A model generated the notes under the pieces. The model did not search any database and was not told the DNA's origin. It saw nothing but the letters and a program-made list of their open reading frames with translations. Below, in pieces: positions 27,101 to 42,100 of a DNA stretch of 64,000 nucleotides. The first letter of the stretch is position 1. Each line of letters begins with the position of its first letter. The DNA is from Acanthaster planci. Lineage: Eukaryota. The translations under genes were made by a program, and so were the position numbers. The stretch covers positions 3,949,816-4,013,815 of the forward strand of contig NW_019091360.1 in NCBI RefSeq assembly GCF_001949145.1, given 5' to 3'.

Positions 27101-30100
27101 AGGAACAACAATCCATAATTCCCTCCCCTGCCATCGGACCCCACGCAGCTAACTTCTTCCGTCCGTCGTTCATTAGCCACACCAAAGACTGCAAAGCCGT
27201 GGAGGGTGGTCCAGCAACATTCAACTGTAAGGTGACTGGCTCCCCCGAACCGGAAGTGGTGTGGCTCTTTAATCAGTTGCAGATAGCAGAGAATGATCAC
27301 TACATTCTGGAACACGGGGATGATGGGAGTTGTATGCTGATCATTCCGCATGTAACACCCAAGGATGTAGGGGAATATACGTGCACGGCAAGAAGTTCAC
27401 TGGGTGTTGCTCAAAGTATATCCAACTTGGAAGTAACAGAAAGAAGTAAGTAATGCAGCCTACTAAAATGGTCATTTCCAAACACATCTAGCTAAAGGTG
27501 GATATTTCTCTTCACTACATGTGTATGAGGAGAAGTTTGTAATATACAGAGCCTAGCAGAATCCTCTCAACCTTGGAGGGAGATTCTAGTAGGATTGGTG
27601 CATTAATTTAATCTTTTTTATATGTAGCAGTTGATTTAGGAATTTTTGCCTTGTCCAATGTGTGGACCTTTTTTCTGTGATGTCATGATCGTGCTGGACC
27701 TATGATGTGTTGTGATGGTAATGAGTGCATGGTTTTGTGATGGTAATCTACCTATTCAAGCATGCAGCATTCGCACGTGCGCTTGCACGTGGTTGAAGCT
27801 GCCCGTAGGAATATATGCGATCACCTTGGCCAAGGCGGTCCAAACGAGGTGGTATTGTTTGCATTTAGTACATTTCTAAAGTAGGCAATCTCAAAGCGGG
27901 GGGGGGGGAGCAAAATGGACAGCTTTCCAAAAGCAGGGGGTTGTGAAGTACCCCTTTTGCTGCCTGCCTCACCTGAGGGTTGTTTGACTTGAACAACTGT
28001 AGCATATACACGTACTTGGCACTATTTGGAAAGAGAAATACTCCAAGTTGACTTCTCAAAATAAAGTTTGATGATGTCTTGCTTACTTTGCAGTCTCTGA
28101 TGATGATCAAGAGCCAGACAGTGGTTATCGTGGTCAGGATATAAGTGATGACTATCGATGCAGCAGTTCAGGAAGTACCGGTAAAAAGAAATCGTTTGTT
28201 TTCATGTCCTCCTTGTCCTCGCGGTCTTAAATCTTAGCATCGCAACAGTAAGCCCCTATGTCTTCGTCTCTGTCTCTGTTTTAGTTCCAGGTTCTGATTC
28301 AGTGGCTGAATTCAAAGTCACTGAGATTTCAAAGTCATCTTAGACAAAAGATACTGTCACATTCACTTGTACTGTGTAGGATATTGATTGAAGATGTAGA
28401 TTTGCAACACACTTTGCAAACGGTCATCACCAACACAGTGTAGGAATATATTGTTTTCCAGCATTATTATAGTTGGGTAATTCTGTAGTTCTAATTCAGA
28501 GCTGGTCTCCAGATTTGAGTCATGAGTATTGGTTTATTTTTCTTTTGAGTATGCATACATATGTGAAAAGTCCTGCTTCATAATCCTGATTTGCGATTTT
28601 GATACTTGCTCCTAGACGTTCCCTGTCGTCCTGTTGGCAAACCCAACGTCTCCAAAATCGCTGGTGAATCCATCCTATTGACGTGGGAGCCTGTACCTAA
28701 CAATGACTCAGATTCTACTGTCATGTACATCATTGAAGGCAAGGATGCTAATGAGGAGGACTGGGTGTTGATAGCCACTGATGTCACAGATGCATCCTAC
28801 TGGGTGTCCAGCGTTAATGCAGAGGGGACGTATGTCTTCAGGGTCCGAGCCGAGGGAGAGAATGGGATTAGTGAACCTTCTGAGGAGTCTGATGTTGTCT
28901 GTCTGATGGATTTATGTGAGTATGCTCTTTATCGAATTCAAATATGCCGTGATTTCTGAGGAGTTGCCTGATGTGCCTGGATTCGTGCATAGGATGAGCA
29001 TCAGGAGGGGGGTAAGGGAGGGCCCTTGCCTCCCTGGAAAATGTTGGTAAATGAAAGAAGAGGGATGTAAATAAGAAAAATCACGAGAAATTGAACAAGG
29101 AGGAGGGGGGAGAAAATTGTCCATTTGCTTCAGAATACTTTGGAGTGGACCCCTTCCACAGGCAACACACTGCAGTTTTTTTTGTTTTTTTTAAGTTTGA
29201 TGCTGATGAGTGCTTGGAGCCTACCCTGGAAAATATCCAAGTGACGCTCATGCTCCATAGTCGACCAAATTAAAATTCCATTCTGTCAAGGTTTTCATGG
29301 GGGTGGGCTAACGGAAACCCTTTTTTTTGGTGAAATACTGAAAGCTACAAATTTGGTCATCAGATATAAAATTATGAATCTGAAGCAGAGCTGGGACTGG
29401 TTTTCTTGGGAGGGTTTGCCTAGAACAACAGGGACAGGCAAAATTCAGAAATCTAGACAATATGTGTATGTGAAAGAGCAATTACAAGTTAACACTCAGG
29501 ACAGCTGAAAGGAAGGGACAGGTAACAACTCCTTCCAAAAGTGTATGACGAAGGAAATTGTCAAACAGAGCACTCTGGACAAAAATGTTTGTCAGGCTGT
29601 GTCATTCATGAATGATTTTACACTGTGACCTCCATTAAATTTAACATTGAAATTCCTTCTAAATTGTCAGGGAGATTTATATATATTTATTTGTAAAACT
29701 CCATCAATGTTATTTCAATGCTCCCATTCACTTAGGATGGGGTCTTAGTGCCACATCTACATGTATTTCCTGATCATTTCATCACCATTTGGCTGAACGT
29801 TCTGTCAATAAACTATGCCTGTTGTTTCTGTATTCATAAAGCATTTGGAGAGATTTGTAATTGGCTTGTATTTGACGTTTTGATCACAGAAATCCTGCAT
29901 TTTTTTGCAGATTGGCTATGGTTTTGGGGGAGGGTAAATGTCTGAAATCCCTTACATGTAGGTGATGGGTTCTCGACTATTAAGAAATTTGAGGATCATT
30001 TGTTCGCATGTATTTACGTTAAAAGTCAAATCACAAGTCAATAATTCATTGCACTAATTTCAAGCTTCAAGGAGAAAAATCAGCAAGACGTTTTAGGGAC

Positions 30101-33100
30101 AGTGCTTCATTTTCTTACCCATAGCAAGCCAATATTTGCTTCAAATGATGCTGACCTGTAATAAATGGACTTGAGATAGTTTGAGGAGGGATGACTTGGC
30201 ATTGGTTTGTGATATATTTGGTTAAAGGATTAAAGACTGTGCCACTCTCAACAAATGTGCAATTGTACAGTTTGATAGTAAAAAGATACCGGCAAAATGT
30301 GTCAAAACTTTTGCAACTCTGCATGGTGACTACTTGACATGACACTGGTACAGTAAACAATAACTGAAAGTCGGTTAACTGGAAACTCCGCTTATCTCAA
30401 AGACATTCTTCATTCCCGCCAAAAGAATAGGCTATTGGGTGATTCCGTAGAAATGTTGCACTTGTATGCATTGTTAAAGTTTCTTCAATGCTTCCAGTTG
30501 TTTTTTGGCCTTAAAATAAACATCTAAGATGTCAGAAACCACATTTGCTTAGTGCTAAATGTAATTCAATTTACTTTTATGGCAGTGTGAAGTTTGGGAA
30601 ACTGGGGGCGGGTGGGAATGCAAAATTTGTAGAAAAATCTTGATCCCAATTGATATAGTGCAGAAGCGCCAAAGAAATTTATGAATAGTTCATTGTCAAC
30701 TTTGATACCTTCACTGTAGTCCAGGATATAAATAACACCCAAGTAAAAACATTCTGAGGGTATATTACAGCTTTCAAATCTGGGTGTTGACATGTCCCGT
30801 CAGTCAAAAAAAACATAAGAAAGTTGATTATTTACTACACTTATATTTCATTTTAAGTTTAATCTATCTTGTAGTCAGTAAGTCTCTTACAGAAACCTGA
30901 GAAAAAAAGTTCACAGATATTTAACTAAGAAAATGTTCTCAAAATTTGTCCCGTCAGTCACATTCTGTCCCGTCTGTCACATTCTATCCCGTCAGTCACA
31001 TACATTTCCACTCTGTCATTTTCACTTTTGTTCCAAATTTGAGGCAGATACATGTATGATTACTGTATACCGTATGCACAATGACATCAATTTAAACAAT
31101 CTAATACATGTACAAGTACATTTATATGACATAAATACTTAAATTTTACAACTTCAGGCCTTGTGCTAACTTTTTTACCTGGCTGGCCCACTGTTAACTG
31201 CATATTTTACTGGCCTGTTTAGAGTTTTACTAGCCTGTATATAAAAAATAAGAAAATCCCAAAATTTGTTATCAGCTTACCAATGAAGAATTTGACATTT
31301 TGGAAAACAAAAGGCTGATAGTATAAGTAATTTCCATTTATTTTGTTTTATTTGACAAATAGTAAGCACTAACACTTCCACACAAAAGTCATTTAGGCCG
31401 ACTGGGTTTGAAAGTTACAAATACAGTCATGCAAGAAGTATACGTCAACAGTGCTTCCCCCTCAGAAGACAAAACTCCTTCTGTCTCTTGCTCATATAGG
31501 TTTGGTACAGTCATTTTCCTAGTTTCGGATCGCGAAAACTATTCAGAAAGATTTCAGCTACAAAAATCCTCGAATTCGATTGAAATATGGTCAGAAGTCA
31601 ACTTTTTGTTAAATTGGAGATACCTCATTTTTTTCTTTCAAAATCTAAGCTTTTATATTTTGACTCACAGGATCGATGAAAGTGACGATGAGGCATTTTT
31701 GCTAGAGCACTTTTTGCAGAATTTGTATGCCGGGCTAGTACCATTTCGAGGCCTGGACTTTCAAACAAATTTCCCACAGGAAAGGGTGTATTAATGGGAT
31801 TTGGGGGGTCTCTTAAGCACCAGGTTTCTGAAAGGGTCTTGGCCTCAAAACTTGACATCAACACGTCTGAGGAAGTTGAAAATGTTGATGTATCGGTACA
31901 TGTACATCCTGACATCAACGTCATGTCACAGGATGACATGAAATCTCTTTGGTACATGTATAACAGAGGATATTGTGAAAACAATGTCCGATGTTCCGTC
32001 TCTGATTCATTCTAGAGGTGTTTATCACAAAGTTGGAATTTGATAATTCCACAACCCTTACATATGTAAGATTTACAACCCAAAACAGGTGATCCTGTAT
32101 CCTGTTTTATACAGTGCATCTACACATGTATGTATTATTATAGACATACAATGTCCATGGTTCAATGTACAAGTCTAAACAACATAGTACAAGTCCAAAT
32201 AAACAAAGTGTACAAGAAATACTGTACTTACAAAGACACAGATCTGTGTAATGATTTAAGCACCTCTACTGAATTTGAGGTGAGAGGAGGCATTGAAAGT
32301 TTTGTGACTCAAATGATATTGAAACTAATGTTTATCATTGTTTTCTTCTGTTAAAAAGAAGAAAACGTAAGTTTGAAGACCTAAAAATGGCATTCAAGAT
32401 TGCTGAGAAAAATGTGTCAAAAAAGGTCCCGTCAGTCACAAGTGTGATGAGCCGAGTATGGGAGTTTGTAACTTTGATTATATTGAATGTAATTCTTACT
32501 GGTTGTTTATGTACCAGTGATTAATTTGGAGAAGAGTTTACACTAAATCTCTCAGTTGAGAACAGATAGCTTTGTGCATGGATCTACGTTTTCTGAAAAG
32601 TGACAGGTTTTCTTGTCCTGTCAGTCACGCTGATTCTATTCGCAACTATACAGCAATTTAATTGTTTGGTTTCAGCCTTTGTTTTTAAATTGATATGTGA
32701 CTTGTTCTTGTTGATTTGCAGTGTAACTTTCTTGGCTAAACCATGCCCATTTTTTGGTGCAAGTTTAAAAAAAAAAGGTTACATTGAATTGTCCCGTCAG
32801 TCACTCTGGAATCAACCTTTTATGTTCAAAACTACTTCCGTAATTCGAAATCCCCACACCACTACATCCACTTAACTCAAAGTTTTTGAAGGGCTGATCC
32901 AAAAAGACTGCCGCCAAATCACTGATATTGAGTGGAAAAAGAACGGGAGACTTTAATTATGAGTCATTTCTGCAAAGTGCACTTTCTCTTTTAGCGCAAG
33001 GACACGTGGGTGCTTGCTGCCATTGTAATCGACTAGTCGGGACCACCACCTGTAGCCTAAATGAATCCCGGCTTTCAAGCAAGCCTGTTTGCTATCACGG

Positions 33101-36100
33101 TCCATATGCTTGTAGTCCATTCATTTACTCTTTATAGTGGCCATGTGACCACACTGAAGGAAGCTTCATGCATGCCGTGGTTTAAGCCTGGCTGCCAGCG
33201 GCTGCCCAACTGCAGCACTCATGCTGCTCACATGCGTTCCCATGATGGTGCTGTAGATGTGCTTTTTGTGTTGTCAAATCTCACTCAAATTAAAAAAAAA
33301 GGTAAAAAAGAAAGGTAAGGGAGTGAAAGACAAACAAAAACAATACAAATTTTTTTGGGGGAGGTTACACTGGAACATTTGAATTCAAACTGGTGCACCC
33401 AAACAGGAAACCCAAACAGTTTGGTGTGGCCAAACAGGAAAACCCTGGGCTTGGACGCGGCCAAGTGAGAGAGCAAGCACCGTTCTGTTCACTTTGCCCC
33501 GTGGTGTGCACCAAACAAAAGAATTGCCACAAAAAAGTACACAGTTTTGGCGGTTTATGTTTTATTTATCAAAAGAACAGAAAATTTCAGGTAAGAAAAA
33601 ACATAAAATCTCAGCAAAATGATGACTTTATTCTTGGATATATTAAAAACCCCATTATATGTATAACTTTTAAAATAGCCACCACTGTTTGTGTACTTTG
33701 ATAGTCACATGAGGTGAAGCCCTCTGGACGTCTTCTTTTTATAATTCAAATTCCTGAGGGGCACTTGGCATGGAAAACAAGAAAAATAAATGGATGGCAG
33801 TGCACAGGTCTCAGAGTCACTTGAATAATGTTTGCACACTATGAATATCCTTCTGTTGATTTGGCTCTGCCATCATCCCAGTACTTCACTGCGAGCTATT
33901 ACAAATCAATTATCAAACTGACAGTCATAATAAACATGATCTGGAAAGCTCTGTGCACCTGAGCTCCTAGGCGACTTCTCAGCAATGTGGGGATATCTAA
34001 ATGGAGTGGCATCTCCACTAAGCCAAAGTGTAATGCTATCTAGTCACGCAGTGACTGAAATGGCAATTCAGCAAAGTCTTGCTAGCATTTTATCATGCAG
34101 TGAATAATTTTTGTGTGAATTGTGACATCATCACAGCAGAAAGAAGTTACCAAAATGTATACTTATTATTGAAATATTGCCAATATCAACAAGATACTCA
34201 CCTGTACCAGTACATCCAAAACAAGTATTTACAAGTTACTCATTTGGAGTTTCTTCAATCGCAGTGTTGAAATTCACATGAAAGACTCTTGCAACTTCAT
34301 TGATGTATCATTTGGGTGATTTTTCCCTTCCCCAGTATCTAAGATCCAAGACACATCAGCGTCTCCCTCCAAGTGTTGTCTGAAGAAACAGAATTCCATC
34401 TCCATAGCCAAAGGTGGGAAGGAGAGATGACTGCAGCTGTACCACAAAAAGATACAATATTTGAATGAAAACAATGTACATACATTTTCTGTAATGGTCG
34501 GATTAATCTCAGTTGATTCTCAGTTTATTCTTCACTTTAAAAAAAAAAGTGTCAAAAGAAGCAAGAACACTTTGAAGATTTTGTTGGTAATGCTTTACAT
34601 GGACTTGCTATAAAAGTTTTCCTTTCCTTAATGAACATTCTTAAATTGAACATTGATGTGGTGGATATTGAGTAGTACTACATGTATACGGTTGTTTTAA
34701 CCACACTCCTTTCTGTTCATTACAAGAACGTCTTTAACTTGCAAGGATTTTTTTATGTTAATTCAAGAGGATTTAAGAAGAAAGCCTAGCTAGAAGTTTA
34801 CATGAGCTGTCTGAGATCAAATGCAACACTCTAGGCTGAATTGTATGAGTCGTTTCTCCACTGCAGACATCAAGCCTTTTTTCATGGAAGGTCAAGAAGA
34901 TGTGTACGTCTTAGAGCACTCCACGGCTGTCCTGAGCTGCAAAGTCTTGTGTGAGCCTCCTCCCGTTGTCAAGTGGTATCGAGATGAGGACATCGTGGAC
35001 AACAAGAAGATGCAGGCCAGCTACAAGGAGGATGGAACATGTCTGCTAGAGATCAAGGACGTCACCTACAAGGACATCGGCGAGTATGAATGCGTTGCTG
35101 AGAATAAGACTGGAAAAGCTAGCTGTAGACTGTACCTTGATGTTGCAGGTGGGTGGGTCTGTTAACCAATCAGACAATAGACTGTAATTGATTGCCTCTG
35201 TTTACTGGTTAACTTACATGTAGAGCCCCAATAGCCAACAATTAGAAGGTAGTATGAATGGAGTAGAAGCGCAGATTAATGTCATTGCAGCTTATTTCAA
35301 CAGACATACCTGGGGGTTAAGTTTAAACTTGGAGGACTGCTCTCCAAAATGAATTAGTGAACAATCACTATTACGTTCTTGTGACATCAAGTATTCTTTA
35401 TTTTTACATTGTGATTTGATAGCAGAAGTTTTATTATAAAGTTCAGCGCCACATGTCTAGTGATTAGCAATATTTTATCTACCCTCAGTGACAGTATTTC
35501 TCTTTGTGGTTGTTTTCGATTGTCTCACAGCTAATCTAGCCGCCTTTTCCTGGAAGGGAGATTATTAACCTTAAAATTGAGAGTGATTTCGCATCCAAGT
35601 TTAGGATGGCATTCTAGTGATTTCGTGTCCTGTCACAGGAGTTTACATTTAAAGTGAATTCATTTCATATAAAATAAACTAAGTACTATTGAAGTCTTCT
35701 TAAAAACAAATTTCCCTCTTCTCTGTCATTATGACTATACTTTGTAAAAGAACTTGCCTGCGTGTGAAAAGTGTGCACTTTTATGTAAATTTATGTGTCT
35801 TTGCTGTGAACTCCTGACTGGCATATTGAAATCAATCACTGAAAGTCAATATTGTAGTAGATGAGAATGTTTGCCATGTCCACAGCTGTGTAAATCATCA
35901 CAGGTTTTTTTTGTCCCATCACCTTGGCTGTTTTGAGAGTATGGTGTGTGTATACAAACTGATGCCTGTCTCGCCACTTTCTAGTGGAAGTACACGCTGG
36001 GATGGTTGAATGGTTGGATCAAGAGCGAATAGTGATTTGCTGAGTGGTTTTGTTTTGAGCTGGTGTGTCACTGGGAAGAAGTCTGCAGTTGCTGCCTTAG

Positions 36101-39100
36101 CAACAGTTGCCTGTACGTTTGTCAGCCTTGGAGATGTACTGGCGGTGCCTTCTGTTAACCATACTGACTTCAGTTAATGAATAAGTGTTTGGACAAGATT
36201 CAACAGGCAGGCTGAATTGTTTAAAAGTATTTTTGGAAGCTTTGTATCAGCAACTTTGTGTGGGGAAACAACTGAACTACGTCAATAATGGTGACATTTG
36301 ATCTTAGAGATGCAATCATAAATGTATCTGTATGACAGCTGCATATTGCATGGAAGTCTTGAAGGAAAGTGAGACAGGTGGCTGGTCACTCTTTAATAGA
36401 TGGCTCTATGACTAGATGGTCGCCTGAGGTCTGACGCTCTTCTTTTGTTTCTACAGAGCCTCCTGACATCATCAAAGGATTTCCTGACACCAGTGCCCCA
36501 GCAGGTGAGCAGCTTCGTCTAGACGTCCGCGTCGGTGGCATCCCCGAGCCCGATGTGATCTGGTACAAAGATGAGCGCCCGCTGTCCCCGACCAGTAAAT
36601 TCACCTTCCTGTTTGAGGGGGAGGACATGTGCTCCCTGAAGATTGACCAGGCGGTACCGGATGATGAGGGATTTTACAAGATGACAGCTATCAATATGGC
36701 AGGGGAGGTATCACATTCTGCAAGGGTTACTGTACCAGGTGAGAAAATATTGATAAACATCATGCGTCCATCATCGATATTAAGGGGAATTTCTTGGCAA
36801 GGTTAATATCGCAGTCAAAAAGGGGGAGAAATGTCCATCAGCTGTTAGTAATTACACCATCATTTTGGCCTCTGCTTTCTCTGTGTTCAGATCCGATGAA
36901 GTTTTTCTTCTCTGACAGTCGGATTAAGATCAAGAAGGATGTGACTGTTGAAGATGAGTACGAAGTTCTGGCTGAACTCGGCAAGTAAGCGATTCTGTCT
37001 TTCTTAAGTTTCTTACTTCATTCTTGATTGTCATAAACATCACTGTAAGGTTTGATCATTCTCAATATTAAACTTTCTTCATTTTAGACATTCGACTGTT
37101 CCTATCCATTTTGGATCCCCATAAAACAACCAGTTCTTTCTGTCTACTCCCCTGGAAATCTGTCCTTTGCAAAGTCAATGATAGAGTAAGGGGTTGCTGA
37201 AATTTTGCAAAGTACTTGTTGGTCCTGTTCTTTCTTACAAATTTTCGTGACCCGCATTGACACTTCCCACCTTTTAACCCTTCAAAGGAACACATTTAGT
37301 TATGACAAAGTAAAGAGAAACCATGTGATAACGTCGTCCACATTAAAGATCCTTCAACCTTGGGATTAGTTTCATGGTCCAGATCCAATAATTAAGGGAA
37401 TAATTAAGAAAACCTTTCATTGAACTTTGGAAAATTAAATTGAGAATATATCAATTTCATCAATGTAATTTGATTTCAGAGGTGCGTATGGTATCGTGAA
37501 AAAGTGCATCCACAAGGAGACCAAGAAAGAATGTGCCGTCAAAATCATCCGAGTCAAGAATGGGATGTGGGATGATCTGAGAAGAGAAGTCTTGGTGATG
37601 GGAATGCTGGATCATAAACGTCTTGTCAGCATCTATGATTCTTATGAGACCAAGCAAGATGTTATCATGGTCATGGAACTGTATCCTTTCTTGAAGCAAA
37701 TCAAAGTTAGTCATTTTTTTCCTCGTTTTGTCGGCAGCATTTCCTTAAACAATGTTTACAGTAATACCTATATCAATTAGAATAGATCATTGGAATTGGT
37801 CACTCTTACTCCAAGATGAAAACTTCAAATGAGATGCATATGATCATGACTAAATAAGGCATCTTCTTCAACTCCAGAGCTGCAACTTGTTTCACAGTCT
37901 CTCAATCTGTAGCTGTCATCAAGCTATGCAGTCCTACGATGCTTAGATCTTGTCTTTTAATTCTCACATCTTAGCTACATATTCCTAACCTAGTCAATTA
38001 TTTCATGCTGTTGCATTTGTGAATATATTTTCTTACCACGGGCCTAGGGAGGCCTAAATTATTTCAAAATCAGTGACAGCAGTTTTCCAGTAGATAAAGT
38101 AGTCATTAATTTTGGTGGCAATGTTCAATTGAGACGTGTATGGATTAGATCATGCTGATGGAGTTAATGATGATTGAATGTTTTCCTCTGAGAATGCGAC
38201 AACAACAGGTTGTCAGTTGTTCCATGGGGTTGCATTCCATTATTCAGACAGTTTGTGGCAGGTGTGAGCATTGTATTGTGCTAATCGAATTCCCTAGAAA
38301 TGGTAATTGAATTCTAGTCCGATAGGTGTGAAGACGTTCATGGCACCAACATTGTGTGTTAATGGATGGTCGATTCTTTAAAAATGAAAATCAATCATTT
38401 ATCTCGCTGCAACATTTTTCAGGTGATGTTACGGGATGATATATGGTAATGTTAATTGGACAATATTCCATATAGTTGAAAATGATTTGTGACACTAATA
38501 CATGGAAACATGTCTGAGATGGTGAGAATATACTGTACATATGTTGTATATATCCTGGATGTTTTTTTGTGGGTGGAGACATCCCCCCTCCCTCACCGGC
38601 TCCATTAGGCACCCCTCTAGGTAATCTGTTCAGCTTGTAAGTTGACCCAAGTGCCCCAAGATGTTTACATCCTGCATTTGTCTGGCTGACTTAGGAGGAG
38701 TTTTTGTAGCTTAAGTCTTGTGTCAACATTCATGTGACCTCAGTTGACCTTTGACTGTCTGTGTTTACAGAACCCAGAATTTAGCTTCCAGACAGAATTG
38801 GAGATGTTGTTTATTTTGCTGGTGTGAAGGATTACAAGAAGTCTAGATATTTTTGCAATAACTGTGTAGGTGGTCTAAGAGTTACAAACCTCAGAAAGTA
38901 AACAGGCTTTTTTTTCCTGGTTTTGGTTTTTCAACCATGATATGAGTCTACTCTATCCAGTATTTTGCAAAGAGTTGATAAGGCAGAGGTCTGAGTACAA
39001 GTTGCTGTGTTGAGGGGTCTTATGGCACCCACCTTTTACAAATCGGTCCAGTTTTTACCCTAGCATGTTTCTAGCATGTAGGTGAAGGATTCCTGAAGGT

Positions 39101-42100
39101 CTTCAAAAACATTTATTGAGCTAGGGTGAGATTCAACCATGTAGCCGCCCATCCTCCATGTTCAAGTCATGCACTTGTCTTTACACTGACACAGACAACA
39201 GTCTGCAGCTTAGGTCACATGGCATCAATGATCATGATACATGGTTACTTTTCATAGTCCATATGTATTTTAGGCTTTCATTTTTCCATGTGATCACTTT
39301 TCTAACTCTGTATTCATTATTGAACCCACATTGATGGACATGAAACAACCTTGAACTCAAACACTTCACTTGCTTTCCAGTGAGAGGTTGGCCAAAAAAA
39401 AAGAGAATTCCCATTAAAAATTGGATGGTCTATTCCCAGGGGTTGTGTTTCCTTTAACCACCTGCAGCCCGGTACCCTGTATGTTAACTGTCAGCCACAA
39501 AGTTCACCCCTAGGAATTTGGGCCATTCCATTCCAATGCAGGTATGATGTTCAATTACTTCTGTTATTGTGCATGTTGTGAACCTCAAAATTCTTGGCCT
39601 TGGCTAGTTGACACAGAGAGCTAAGTTTGACCTGTCAGGGAGTTCAATGTGTACCTCCATGGTCTGAGGGAGTCCCTATTCATGTTGTATTTGGAGAGCC
39701 ATTGTTGCAGTCCCAGTGTGAATTATTTATCATCAGGCCCATCAGGTGTCGCTGGGTGACTCCAGAGTGGTTGGTGGAGGAGTAAACTCAGGAAAGCTGC
39801 TGTTGACACTTGGTCCAGTAAAAATCAGAGCCCAGAACAAGCTGATATGAGCCCTATGTGATCCTGTGAATCCTATCCTGTGGGCTGTGATGGTGTATTG
39901 GAACATGAGCGATAGCGATAGGCTTATGAGAGTGCATTGGTGGACCATATTCCGTGGCACAAGTGGTCCCACTCCCAGTCTGACGGATGTGGAGAACCTG
40001 CTTGTTGCCCACTGAATGCAAGGAGCATGTTCTGCCTGTAAACTTCATTGTGTGTACGTAGCCTGCCCACTGAGCATTTGAACGCAGGGTGATTTACAGT
40101 TGAGCAGTGCATCCTAGGAGATAACAGTTACATCGTAGCGGGACATTTACATTTGTAGGTGAGGTACGTTTCTTGCAGCTTGCCACCGTTTAATTTGGTG
40201 TTGATCTTTAATTTGCATTACACTGAGAAATTTATGCTCATTTCTGCTGCAGGTTTTACATGTTTAATTTAGTTTTTTTGTTGAGCCTCATATATTTGGC
40301 ACAGGCACTGCCTTAAACATAGGCTGCATCCGACTTTCTTGTCTAGAGCTAGGTCTAGGTCTTCACTCCATCGGAAATGCGTGGGGACGCGTAGACAATA
40401 GACCTAGCCGTAGCTCTGGAAGCCCGTTTCGGACACGGCCATAGTTCAAACTAGACTTTAATGTGGATGAAACAGTGACCAGGAATATTACAATGAAACA
40501 ATTGTTGATGTTGGGCACAATCAGTCAATCAGCATGATTGCGTTATTGTGTTTTGCTATCAGTTAATTCTAATCATCCCATGTGAAATTTCTGATCTGAC
40601 TTGAATTCCCGGTTTCCAAATAATCTCCCGCAATTGCAAATTAGGAAGAATTGGCGATAGGCCGATGGCAGAATTATTGGCAAATTATGCAGTAATATTG
40701 ACAGATCATGCAGATGGAATGATTGCGCTCCCAAAACAACATCAGAAATTTTTTTTTTTTCTCATTTTCTTCCTCTAAAAGTAGGAATAGCTAGGCTTTA
40801 GAATTAAGGTGTAACTGGTGTTTAATGGTCATTCAGTCTAACAAAAATTAGAATGGTTTAGTGATTCTTCAGGAACAATTTCCGCTTAGGGTTTTTTTGG
40901 GGGGCGGAGGGGTGTTCATTGTTGAGACATGCCGTGTACTCTACTTTCAATGTGCAAAAAAAAAATTATAATAGTTCGTACAAATGAAGATTAATGATAA
41001 GCTTTTTGTTTCATTGGACTCAACAAACACCTGGAGTTGAAAAGAGCTGATTAGCCAGTACAGTTATTGAAGTTGCCTGATGCAAATATGAAATAAACAG
41101 TAGTGTTTTTAGATTGTACCCGATAGCAGTTGAACAGCTGACTATATCTCCCAGGGAATTGAAGTGGATTTTGTGCATTATAATGTCTGTCATGTCAGCT
41201 TGATGGAGCTGAAATATCCCCCCCCCCTTACTGATATCATGTACTCAACAATCTATCATTCCAAATAGCTGATTCTAGTTTCACAGTGTACAGTCCCACT
41301 AACTCAACACCTATTACCAGTTTCATCTTCTTATTTCTGTCTCAGTAGCATTGCTTACGTGGCAGTGATAGCAAATTCCAGTTACCGTTCAACCATTTTG
41401 TGGTCTGACATTGTATATTTTGTCTGGAAAATTTGGAAATATGGTGTATTTGCCAGGTAGATTGTCTGAACTCTGAACACAGAAAGCATTCCCTATGTAA
41501 CCAGAGGCAAAATGTCTTGGTTTGCATCCGAGTCAGATAATTTTTTTCTCTCTCTCGCTGTTTAAAGGACAGCCATTCACTTGTCTGAAAAGTTCTAAGA
41601 ATTATATCTATAACCCGTGCATATCTGGACTCTTCCTATTTTTTGTAGATTATTAGAATGCTAAAATGATTCACATGCATTGACATGCACATACTTGCAT
41701 TCTAAGTGTGCTTTTGATGCAATAGAACTACCATAGAATAGAAACGTCTTCAATACGATCTTGGTGCTGTATGTTCACAGAGTTTGCATTGATTGTTTGC
41801 CTGGCCTAATGTGCTCACCGATTTGTGGTGAGACACTGCATGTAGGTAACTTGAAGCTAGTTGCTGAAACATTCACCAAGATTGTGAAAGTACTCTGTAT
41901 AGGGTACACACAGGAAATGCAAAGGAAACGGACTTTGGAATTTCCGGGTATGTGATCTAATACAGGTCTGTGATCCTGTCAAAAGCATTATTAATAGGTT
42001 TTGCTGAATGTCGCAAGTGAGAAAACCTGCTTATAGGGGAGGACCCTCAGGCTAAGAAATCCTTTTTCCACGTGTTAAACTCAAAAGAGAAAGGAATGAG

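Noticed and set aside
26745..27351. Antisense ORFs over exon 4 (likewise over 48463-50872 and 58081-58481)
   Set aside because: Shadow ORFs of real + strand coding sequence, with no independent domain signal.
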